NCBI GenBank assembly: GCA_964234715.1 | Contig: OZ174275.1 | Length of the DNA: 64,000 nt | Source of the DNA: Podarcis melisellensis | Taxonomy: Eukaryota | Direction: 5' to 3' (one strand) | In this document: piece by piece, positions 36,939-48,216 of the stretch | Layout of the letters: each line of letters starts with the position of its first letter | Numbering within the stretch: position 1 is the stretch's first letter | The notes under the pieces: generated by a model | Told to the model about the DNA's origin: nothing | Database searches by the model: none | The model's input: only the letters and a program-made list of their open reading frames with translations | Program-made: the position numbers and the translations under genes

Positions 36939-39150
36939 TAAATCCTGACCTTTTGTGATAGATTGATTTGTTAAATATGTAGCCTGGTTTCAGCCTCATA
37001 ATATCCTTTTAACGTCTTCTGTAGCTGCTACGAAATTGGTTGCAAATTCCATAGCAATGTAGATATTCTGTGGCCCCCAGTGCTGCCTCCTTCAGCCTAA
37101 TCATTTCTACTTTTTCAGAAAAAGCTAACTGACTGTTGCCAGATATCTCTTTCTGATTAAGTAGCTTTATAGTTTCAAACATAGGGTTTTGGGCACACAA
37201 GGAGCGGCGGTTTGCCACTTTTGATGGATGACTGCCCCCTTTTAGGCCTACTCAGCAGTTATCTATATACAGTTGAATCAATGTCTGTGCTGACTATAAT
37301 TTGCTGAAAGTTGTAATTAGGAAAATTAGCTAATGATTCTTGTCAAGTGTGACAGGCTCATGTATTTCAAAGTCAGTCCTGTGACTTACCAGGCAGGCAG
37401 CCTGGTACCTATTGTAATAGCTCAGTGTGGGGGTGCTTTGTGTTCTACCAGCTGCTAATTTTCTTACATCAAGCGTTTCCTTTTAGGAACTATAGTGTAG
37501 CTTTGCTTCCTCCTAGTCTCTCAGTTCCTCCTTTCATCACACTTACATCTCAATATAATTTCACTCTGCTTATGAACATTATTTACCTGCTATCTGAAAT
37601 ATGTAAAAGAAACTATATTCAAGTGTCCTTCCCATTTTCGATGATGCACAAGCTGTCATTTGGATGCCAAACTATCTCTGCATGCTGTAGAAATGTTTTT
37701 GCGGGTGTTAACAGAATCATGCCTGTCAAAGGAAGGCACAGTTGGAAAATAAGTTCTCAAATTTCATTATTTTGTTACCCGTAGTGTACCGTGTCTTACT
37801 TCACATGAGATTTATGCCCTTGATCTTGCCACTCCAAGCCCCAGACCAGGAGCGTTGAGATAATTTATATGGCATGTTTATGATTGAAGAGCCTTCAATC
37901 TTTTAGGCAGCTGGCGAATATTGCACCCTTTCCTTAGCAGTGATAGACTAGACTGGTGGTGGGGAGGGGAGAAAAATCAACTTCAAACAGTGACAATCTC
38001 ATGTTTTTGTTTTTTTTAAATCTGCAGAGCAACACAAATCAACCTCTTCCCCCCCCCCCTACATTTTTCTTGTTGCATTCACTAATGATAAGAGATATTT
38101 TTCAGATTTTGTCCTTCACAGCTCAGAATTTCCTTCGTCTTTTAAACAGCAGCAAAGTCAAAATGCAGCAACTTTGTAGCATGGTGTAATTTCAGTAGCA
38201 ATGAGCAGCAGAGTTGACAGCAGCAAATTATTACTCGTAACTATAGGGGGCACATAATGCGAATTTTTTGGATAATAAAATCTGGGCCAAGCAGATGTGG
38301 GGAGCAGTAGATTTTTTGGTGGGAGGGGACATATATTTGTGGCAGGAAGCATTTGTCTCCTGCTTTTCTATCTTTATCGCTCCTCTGTATTTAACATGGA
38401 ACTAGGTGCTTTGTCACAATTATACCAACAAAACAATGGAGAGGGATGGGAGAATGAGCGGCAGCAATGGGAAGCACATTGTTGGTGGAGACTGGACTAG
38501 GAGGTGGTAGCAGTAGCTGTTAACAAGAACATCTGTATAGGCACTATATCGCTGAGTTCTTTGTGCAGAGGAGAAAAATATTGGAATTATTTTTCCTTCA
38601 TGTCTGATTTATAAGCTTCCCAAAGGTGTGACTGGCCACTGTTAACAACAGGATGGGGGATTGGTTTGACCAGCAAAGTAGTTCCTAGTGCCAATCTAGG
38701 CCTGTGTGAAAATATTAATAAGTAGAGTGGAAAGTATTTTGACACACAGGAATGGGAAAATTCTTCTCAGTATATGAATGATCCTTTGGTTCATGGAAGC
38801 CCTTTGGATCCAACCCACTGATTTTTTTTAGTGTTAATATGTGGAAAATAGTAAGTTTCAAATCAGAGGAAAACTTACATGTATTGGTTTCCGATATTAA
38901 AAGAGCATAAAGTTGAGACAGGTTTGTGATAATGTTTTGTCTTCAGTTTCATAATGTAGCTGTCTATTATGATCCAATGTGTTTCAGATTGTAAAACTCT
39001 TCTTTTAGGGGCAACCTCTTTTACAGATCAATTTTGAACAAGGTACTTATCTTAGAAACATACTACTCCCACTTATTCATAAGAAGTATTTGCTTCTTTT
39101 GGTGTTTTACCTTCCTTAAACTTCAATATATCATATTAGAAATCACTATA

Positions 39151-39372
39151 CAGTGGTACCTTGGGTTACATACACTTCAAGTTACATACGCTTCAGGTTA
39201 CACACTCCACTAAGCCAGAAATAGTGCTTCAGGTTAAGAACTTTGCTTCAGGATAAGAACAGAAATTGGGCTCCGGCGGCGCGGCGGCAGCAGGAGGCCC
39301 CATTAGCTAAAGTGGTGCTTCAGGTTAAGAACAGTTTCAGGTTAAGTACGGACCTCTGGAACGAATTAAGTA
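39151..39372 (+). mobile_element. pogo/Tigger-like MITE (family A), interrupted near its right end by a family B element
   Basis: TA|cagtggtaccttgggttaca ... ggaacgaattaagTA then ccgtattttt. Right TIR absent after the insert. Confidence 0.9.
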
Positions 39373-39805
39373 CCGTATTTTTCGCTCTATAGGACACACT
39401 TTTCCCCCTCCAAAAATGAAGGGGAAATCTGTGTACGTCCTATGGGGCGAATACAGACTTTCGCTGAAGCTTGGAGACCGAGAGGGGGCGCACCGACCCC
39501 TCTCGCTCTCCAGGCTTCAGGAAGCTATCAGCAAGCCTGGGGAGCCCGTGGGAGTTCCCGCAGGGCTCCCCACGCTGCGGATAGCAGCCTGCCGCCCGGC
39601 ACGCAAGGCGCCCTGAAACAGAGCACCCCGTGCGCCGGGCAGACATCGGCCAGCCCCACAAGCTCGGGGGACAGCGGGGAGGCGCAGCGCCACCATACCG
39701 CTGTTCCCCGACCTGATTTTTTTGGGGGGGGGAAATAAAGGGAAATTTTTCCCCTTTATTTCCCCCCCAAAAAACTAGGTGCGTCCTATGGGACGAAAAA
39801 TACGG
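39373..39805 (+). mobile_element. Tc2-type MITE (family B) nested in the family A MITE
   Basis: ccgtatttttcgctctatagga ... gtgcgtcctatgggacgaaaaatacgg. Left TA intact; the right TA reads TC. Confidence 0.92.
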
Positions 39806-39876
39806 TCCTTAACAATTTGGCTAAAGTTTACAGAATTTGTGAAGGGTTTGTTAATTGTGATTTGTGTTCCTTTCAG

Positions 39877-40004
39877 GTTTGCCGATTTTATCCGGGGAAT
39901 GCTGAAACTTATACTGCTTCTGCTATTGTCAGGAGCAACTTTGTCATCCATCTGGTTCACTTTGACGTGTTTAACAACTGTCAGTCATCTTCCTTTAACT
40001 ACAG
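39877..40004 (+). CDS. SLC49A4: SLC49A4 exon 7 ([42 protein letters not shown])
   Basis: Inside ORF 39779..40033. Acceptor gttcctttcag, donor g|gtatgc, 128 nt. Confidence 0.96.
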
Positions 40005-41094
40005 GTATGCTAATGCCCAGCCTTGTCAAATAAATGGTTTTAGTAGCGGTTCTTAGATATGTGAGATGTTGGAAAAATAGGTTATCTTGCAGATTAATTC
40101 TCAATAAACTGTTTTAATTCTGTGGTGCTGCTGGGCAGGGGAGATTAGCATACATTGTGGGATTTTTATTTTATCTTTTTGCGGTCACTTCTGAACCCCC
40201 AGTGCTACAATGTAACTCAAGCCGCTTTGTAATGTATAATGAAGCAGAGGAGACAGCTGTCAGAATTGACAGTGTAAGACCAATTCACATATGCAAGACT
40301 AGACTCTTGAAATCTTCACGTCCATTGACTGAAGTCATTATGTCCATTGATTTCAGTGAGTCTACTATGAGTACGACTTATTCAGATACAACCCATACAT
40401 TAAGCTGGAAGAACTCCCTGTGTCACCATAAACAAGTTAAAAGAAAAGAAAGGGCAATAAGAAACTGTAATTTTATTTAGTGATATAAAGCCAACAAGGG
40501 GAATTTTGAAGTTCATTAAACTGATGTGTCTTTGACAAGGTTTTCAAGACTCCTGTTAGCTGGCTATAAACATTGGTTAAAACAAGTGATTAATTCTAAC
40601 CCTTTAGCCCGACCTGCTTGGAATTCCAGTGGATAATAGTGTGTTTTGTGGTTACTTATCTGGGAACACAAGTATGTAGGGAAATAATAAGCTTGTAATA
40701 CGTCCAACTAATTAACTTGCCATTTCCCCTTTACTTGTTTTGTTACACCTCCTTTGTATATTACAATAGGTAATATACAGGTACTTCAACCTGTATGAAG
40801 TACAGGTTGTCCATGGTAATTTTAAGTCAGACAAAAAGTATATGTGTTATTTAGTTTTGAACTAGACTGGGCGAGCATTTCTGAAATTTCTTTGTTTTGA
40901 TATCATAGGCTTCCCCTACCCTACCCTACCCATCTCTTCGTCCCACTTTTTTTTTTTTTGCAGGGTTTGGGTGGGTTCTCATACCTTCTTGTATCTATAT
41001 CTTGGGGAGATGCTTGAACTGAAATCCCGGATAGAAATTCAGTATATCTGTATAGTAACTAAACTTCACACCACATATATATATCGTCTAGTGA

Positions 41095-41342
41095 TATTAG
41101 ACAAATTCTTGGAGTATAAGGCTGTCAGTGGCTACTAACTGTGATGGCTGTATACTACATGCGAGATCAGAGATGGCATGCTTCTGAATATCATTTGTTG
41201 CGGAATAGCAGCAGAAGAGTGCTCCCAGGCTCAGGACTTCCTTGTGGGCTTCCTAAAGACACCTGATTGATCAGGTGGGAAAACAGGATACTGAACTGGG
41301 AATTCCTTTAATCTGATCCAGTCAGCCTCTCCTTTTGTTCAT
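41095..41342 (+). mobile_element. Old CR1 LINE 3' end/UTR
   Basis: attagacaaattcttggag...gtggctacta...aaacaggatactgaactgg...tctgatccag...ttttgttc. Confidence 0.6.
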
Positions 41343-44302
41343 ATTCGTACACTTGGTAAGGTTGTTGTACTTGGGGAGGAGGTGTTAGTGAAAGAAGCTG
41401 TGCCATGTTGTATTGCTACATTTTCTGTTGTGCTCTCTTTTTCTTCCTCATCATTGTTTTTAAACTAGTCTTCCACTTTTGTGGCTTAGTCGCTGCTCAT
41501 TTCTGTTTGCTTGTTTTCCTTCACTGATTCTCAGTCCCTATCCCACTGGAGCTCAAATTTGTTCCCATTCAATTTACTGAAACATGAAGTCGCTTTATTG
41601 GACTTAAGGACTGATAATCCTTAAGATGGGTAGCCAGGAGTTTATGACTTGGTAGCCTCTGCCTGAAGCTTTGTGCAAATCCATTCATCCATTTAAAACA
41701 TCAGCTTCTGTTCTCCTGTTTGGAAGCTTTTTCTTCTAAAAGAGAAGGCTTAGAAGATTTTAATTTAAACTGAGAGGTGCCACTACCTGAACGTGTTTTA
41801 GAAGTTACACATATGCTTAAATCAGATCTGAGAGGATTGGAGAGGCTTGAAACTATCTTAATAAACCTTGGAAGACAAGTCTTTGGTTTGATGCTGTACT
41901 CTCTGTTCTGGAGAGGAGCACTGTTGGTTTGAAGCTGATGTGCTACACCTGCTGTAACTTCTGTAGCCACAGAAATTGCCTCCCCCCCCCCCAGCTCTGC
42001 CATTGAACTTAAATTAATGAGCGGAGCTTTCATAGAGTACCCTCTCTATATAAATATAACTCTGTCTTATTCAAATTAACTTTGAGACTCCTAAATTGTC
42101 CTTGGTGCATAGCTATAAACCAGAAATGAGTACAGCATATTGAAATAGATGTCTGGTTGAGAGGAAATACCACCAGAATTACCGAAACTATAAATTCCAT
42201 TTGGTGTATCCTTTGATCAGTGTTTCATATTCTAAAATAATCAGCTCTGAAATATTTTTTTAATAAGGCAAAAAAAGTATTTTTAATAGCTGAACAAATC
42301 ACACGTTGCAGAAGCTGCTGTCTTTGAGATGGCAAATCCTTGCACCATTCTTCCCGATCAGGAGTGAAGAGATACATTGAGAGTTTTCCCCTTTGTGCTT
42401 GTCTGCACTGTTATCAAATGCAGGTAGTAAAATAAATTGTAATGAAAAGTGAAACTGTTTGAATTGATGCAGCAGAAGCAAACTTATACATTCACTTCAG
42501 TTCTTATTTATTGAGATAAAAGTGGACGGGCTTCAGCAGGTGAAAATCACCTCCATCTCCCTCTGTCTCTGTTTCATGCAAAACCCACTGATCCAAAACA
42601 GAGCTGGTAGATCAAGTTTATATTTTGCCAGTCTCAAATCGCTGTTTTCAGAGATTTTAGCACACACAAAACATGATTGCCTGAGAATAACAACCTCTAT
42701 ATTTTTTTCTTGGTTCTTGTAGCATTAAGTTGCATTGGTTTTTTCCTAGAAGACTGCTGTGACTGTAGAGATGACAGATAATCTCTCAAATGGATTTGAT
42801 AGCTATTCATTATTAAAAGCTTTTTTGGCACCCTCCTTCAAGACTGAAGGGAGTTGGTGTCCTGGAAAAGAGAATATTGGACTGTGTTTTAGTAAACCAG
42901 GTCAGTGGCTTACTTGGTCAATTTCATTGTCTATGTAACTTGCTTAGTGATTTCTGGTCTAATAGGGATGAGCTTGGTTTCTGGAAGGTTTGTTCCTTCT
43001 GTCTGCATGATAGTGTCCATGTCCCCAGATTATTGTCACATCTTAACCAATTTGACATGCATGCTACCATGAATGTATATGCATGTAAAATGGCAGGGGG
43101 TTTGAGATACAGGGAAATTTGTGGAGTTGAAAGATAATAAAATGGACAGTAGACTGGATGTACTTAGGTCAAGGCCATATTTTAGGGAGTAGAGGATCTT
43201 AGAAACCTTCTCACAAAGTAAATTTAATTGCAGACCAAATCAGACTGATGTGAGTGTCATGAAGTGTGCACAACCATAGGCACAACACAGTTTCCAAGAC
43301 TCTTGGCTTGCAGTGTTTCTTTATTATGCTAGGAGCCACCGGTGCAGTGCAGATACTGTAAACTGCAGCGCCCATCATATCTTACCATTGACCATGGTGG
43401 CTGGAGCTGATGGGAGATGTAGTTCAAAACACTTAGAGGGCGACGTGTTTGCTTACATCCCATGCAAATTATCTAATGCTTTGTGAGAATGATCCTATGC
43501 CCATGTAGTTGAACAGATCCTGCCCCCACTCTCAGTTGCATATTTCTTTTTCATAGGGAACATATTGACTACCATTCTTTCCAGTCTTACGGAACTAAGG
43601 ATGGAATTTGGTGTTACACTATTAGAAATCAGCTTGCCAGATGAAACAAGCCCCCCTTCCCTGTGGACTGTTCTGGGGGTTCTTGTGACCCCCGGAGCCA
43701 ATTTCAGGGGGGCAGGGGGGAATTCCCATTGCACAAGCAGAAGCCCTTCCCCAGGTTCATTAGGTGAATTCTGCCAATGATCTTCCTTATTTTTTCATAC
43801 GTTGGGGAATGAAAGATTAACATTTGGTATAACAAGTAGTTTTATCCCCATAGGCAAAAAAGTGTCTCATATCTGTGACTGACACAAGTTTGTTGGCCTG
43901 TCAGTTACAAGTTGATCCCATCCAAATTCAAGTTCTGTCACATTCACTTAGTTTTAGTTAATTGTAAGATTAATCTTTTCAGGCTAGGTATCAGTATGCA
44001 TAATAAGTTGTCTTCACATAGAGCTGCGGGGAATGAAAACTAGAGAACCTTTCACAACAAGAAGGTGATCTCTTCCTTTGACATAGCAAGCAGCCTTGGG
44101 TTCTCTTTCATTCTTCAGGATCCATGTCTAGAGATTATTGCTTATATCAATATAGTATGCCAACACAATAAATCTTCAGGTTCTAAAAGCCTCTTCTTAT
44201 CTCATTCTTGTACGCCAGTACATGTTTTAGCACTTGGCATGATGTTTTCTAAAGCAGAATCCATTAGTTAGAGGTCAGGTTCTTATTTTTAGGTTCAATC
44301 AA

Positions 44303-44547
44303 AGAATCGTAGAATCTTAGAGTTGGAAGGGACCCCCAGAGTCATCTAGTCCAACCCCCTGCAATGCAGGCATCTCAGCTAAAGCATTCCTGACAGATGG
44401 CCATCCAACCTGTGCTAAAAAAAACCCAAGGAAGGAGAGTCCACCACCTCTCGTGGGAGTCTGTTTCACTGCTGAACAGCTCTTACTGTCCGAAACTTTT
44501 TCCAAATGTTTAGTTGGAATCTCCTTTCTTGCAACTTGAAGCCATTG
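44303..44547 (-). mobile_element. CR1 LINE 3' end (younger copy)
   Basis: Minus strand encodes NGFKLQERRFQLNIWKKFRTVRAVQQ*NRLPREVVDSPSL (CR1 ORF2 C-terminus) and ends ...ggtcccttccaactctaagattctacgattct. Confidence 0.92.
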
Positions 44548-46440
44548 CAACATTGAAATGGAAACACCCAGCCTTTTCTTGCTACATTTGCTAGAGACAA
44601 AGTTTGCCTATTTCAAACTTAACCGCATAGCATTTTAAATACACAAACATAACTTTTTATGTACATTGAACTAATATCCTTAAGATGAACTTCATGATTT
44701 TTAGACTTTTTTATTGTGCAACTGAATATTATATGGATGCAATGCATTCTCTTGATTTATATATTTGTATAGCTTTGTTCTGAAGCTCCTGTCTCACATC
44801 CACACTAAGTGATATAAGGATGAAAGCAAACCAGCTATTTAAGTGCTAATTTATAGGGCTTTGTGTTGTCTCTTTATTCCTGACCATAACTATGCAATAT
44901 AATGGCGACCTTTGTGCTCTGGAGTAATTGAGGGAAATGGCACGATTTAATTGATTTGGTTGAACTTATTCTTTTTTCTGTTAATTAAAAGTTCCAGGGT
45001 GTGTAGCATGTAGCTCAGATAAGTATGGGAGTTCAAATGCAGGGCAGTGCTTGGTGACACTCAGGCTTTGGGGAAGGAATGTGAGATGGCTGGTTAAGAA
45101 GTCAGAGCTGGTTTAGCATTAATGCCAGAGCAGCTTTGCATTGACATTGGAGGTTGCACAGGGCACTGGCAATCTTTTTTAAACAATGAAGAGGGAATAC
45201 ACTGTGTATAACGAAAGCAGATTATCCATGTGTCCAAGTATCTAATTTAGCATTCCCAGTAATACATCGTATTTTCAGGACAATTGTATGTACTCCAATA
45301 ATTTAATAATGGTAGTTGCTGTATGGAGAGAAAGCAAAGTCAGAAGCAGCCAGATCCAAATTAGTTTCTAGGTTATACTTCCGAAGGGCTGCCTATACAT
45401 CAGGTTTAGGTAAACGAGAACTTCCAATGGTAAGGCTTGTAAGTCACCGCAAACCTGCAGCATGGGACTTTTTGTCCCTTTCCTGTATCTCTGAGAAATT
45501 CCTTATTGTTCTTATAGTACATCCATCACTCTCACTGCTCAGAATATTCAAATGTTTGCATGAATATTTCAGCAATGAAACAGCAGCTAGAAGTACTATT
45601 CTGCCAGTGCAACATGTTTTAGAAAGATATAACATCAAACTAAATCTCTCCCATTATCAGGCTGGTTTCATAAGCTTTTGATTGGAGGAGCCTTCTAGTA
45701 GAAAAGGTGAGTGGCTTGGAAAGTTCTTGTGATGAGACCTTGAGTTATACTCCTAGTCAAGCATACTAGTTAACCAAATAGATCAACATTAGCATTATTT
45801 GTAGGATTATGCTGAATGTTCTCTCATTTCAGTTTTGAAGTAAAGCAATGCTTTCATGATGGGCAAAATATACCTGCCCAGAGAAAAACAACCTTATGTA
45901 TGTTCACATTATTTTGAACCTCTTAGCAGGAAATGGGAAGAAACAAATGGCAGCAGTTTGTGCCTTTTTTCCTTTGTAGAGGGATTTATTTAGGTCTTCT
46001 TTTTCCTTAATAGAGCCATTCATATAATGAATGGATGACAATGCTATGTAACCAGTGTGTTTTGCAATGTAGCTAATGTGTTACTATTTCTGATAATCCC
46101 AAATAGCTAATATTACTAAGCAAAAGCAAATCAAAGTCAATTCATAGTGCTGCTTCTTTGATTACTCAAATGGTGATTTTAGCTGAGGGATCACATCCTA
46201 CAGAACAGAACTGCATCATGATGCTGTTGTGAATCCAGTCATACCCAGCTACATATTGATGTCTGTGAGGGAACACAAATCTCATCTAGACTGAGAGGGT
46301 AGCAGTTCCTGAATAGCTGAGGAATTCGGTCCACTTTTGAAGCAACCACTGAAACATTGCCTAATGCATGGAGAAAGCTTTTAATACTGGCAAAAATGTT
46401 TAACAAAACGTATCCCTACTTAGTGCATAAAGGAGGATTA

Positions 46441-46443
<3 letters not shown>

Positions 46444-46501
<58 letters not shown>
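46444..46501. repeat. (GA)n microsatellite
   Basis: Seen directly. Confidence 0.98.
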
Positions 46502-46503
<2 letters not shown>

Positions 46504-47251
46504 TGAATGAAGGCTAATATGGGTACAATCCAACCCAAGTAAAGTCTGTTTACGTCTAATTGATTTTAATGAGGCAGACTTAAGTCTTTGATTACTTATG
46601 TTGAAATAAATTAGACTTATAATTTGTCATATTTGTGCTTTTATTTGTGGCCTTGCAATGTAGTTTGCATTAGCTAGAGTCATCCTCTTAGTTTTTTCAG
46701 TGGTTTGGAATTCTAAAGGACATTCCATTGTCCTTGATCTGCTACTGTTAAGTTCATTGGCTCAGCTGTGATAGAGACAGATCTCCTCCTTCAGTTCTGC
46801 CATATTCTTCCTTCCCTTCATCTATGGGAGAAACAGTAACAAACTCTGCACCCCAAGGCAGCTTTAGTCAGCTAGCCATTGGCAGAGAGCTGACAGGCCC
46901 TGCAATTTCCAGCAGTAGCTGTGCCACCAGAGGCCATGTGAAGTGGCTCATAGTCATGAATCATCCCTTCCCTACAGCAGTAACATCCAAGCTGAAACTG
47001 TGCTGAATTCTACAGGTGAACTCTTTGGCTTAACTGCTGCCATTCCCTGCTGGACTGCTTGCCTCAGAAGGTCTGCTCCTCCTTTCAAACTCGTTAAGAG
47101 TTAGATCATGCACAGAGAACCCTTATAATCCACTGTCATTTTTAAACTGTCCAAGTACACTAGTGAGACATGTGGCGGGAGACAGTGTGTTTCTGAATAG
47201 CAGTGATTTGAAGCCACAGGAGAGGAGAGTGCTCTTGTAGCTCTTGGAAAC

Positions 47252-47704
47252 CAGTGGTTTTCAAGCAGTGTGCTGTGGCATCCTGGGGTACCTTGAATGA
47301 TGGTCAGGGGTGTCGCAGGCAACACTGGCCTCTGTCCCTCTTCCCTTCCCTTCCTCTTCTGATGCCCTCTTGTGTCTCTGCCTCCCAAAGGCTTGCACAG
47401 CTGTTTATTGCAGCAGCCCTGGCTATAAACTCCAGAAATAAATGGTGCCTTTCTTTGGGATGGGGGGCAGCTCAGAGACCTGGAGCGGCAGCAGCAACAG
47501 CTGCCCAGAGGACTCCCAAGGAAAGAGGAGAGGAGGCTGAGAGAAGACTCCACAAGAGAGGGTGTTCAAAAAGGAGTGAGAGAGGCTGCCAGCTCTGCAG
47601 GCAAAGAGTGACCCATAACTGGGCTCCTGAGCCCCACAGGAGTGCCACAAAAAGAATGCAGCTGGTCAAGGGAGCTGTGGACTCAAGAAGGTTGAAAACC
47701 TCTG
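47252..47704. mobile_element. Non-autonomous hAT-like element
   Basis: TIRs cagtggttttcaa / ttgaaaacctctg with a GC-richer interior. No clear 8-bp TSD remains. Confidence 0.65.
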
Positions 47705-47990
47705 CCTCAGTCAGTTGAATCTCTTAAGTAAATACCATCAAACCCACAACGAGAATATGACCACACTGGCAGAGCCCTCACTCAATAAATTACTGTGTTG
47801 TGGGTGTATTTATTTCTTTTCAGGGAACATATGAATACTTTATGGCGATATTAACACATGTTCCATTTTTAAATTGCATATATGTTCATACATGTCAGTA
47901 GATTCTCTTTAGCTCTGAGAAAGCCTTGCCTGGTTGTTGAATCATTTTCTAACATGCAGACTTAGGCACCTGCATACATTAAAAGCTGTA

Positions 47991-48216
47991 CAGTGGTACC
48001 TCAGGTTAAGTACTTGATTCGTTCTGGAGGTCCGTACTTAACCTGAAACTGTTCTTAACCTGAAGCACCACTTTAGCTAATGGGGCCTCCTGCTGCTGCT
48101 GCGCCGCCGCCACACAATTTCTGTTCTCACCCTGAAGCAAAGTTATTAACCTGAAGCACTATTTCTGGGTTAGTGGTGTCTGTAACCTGAAGCGTATGTA
48201 ACCTGAGGTACCACTG
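47991..48216 (-). mobile_element. pogo/Tigger-like MITE (family A), opposite orientation
   Basis: TA|cagtggtacctcaggtta ... taacctgaggtaccactg|TA. Confidence 0.93.

Noticed and set aside
36422-36941. Four overlapping 95-149 aa ORFs, plus similar ORFs at 931, 1239 and 39416-39738
   Set aside because: All lie in GC-rich family B MITEs. The shared peptide VRPMGRKIR is simply the TIR, and there are no transposase motifs.
47101-47718. 150-154 aa ORFs on both strands
   Set aside because: They coincide with the GC-richer interior of a non-autonomous hAT-like element; no transposase signature.
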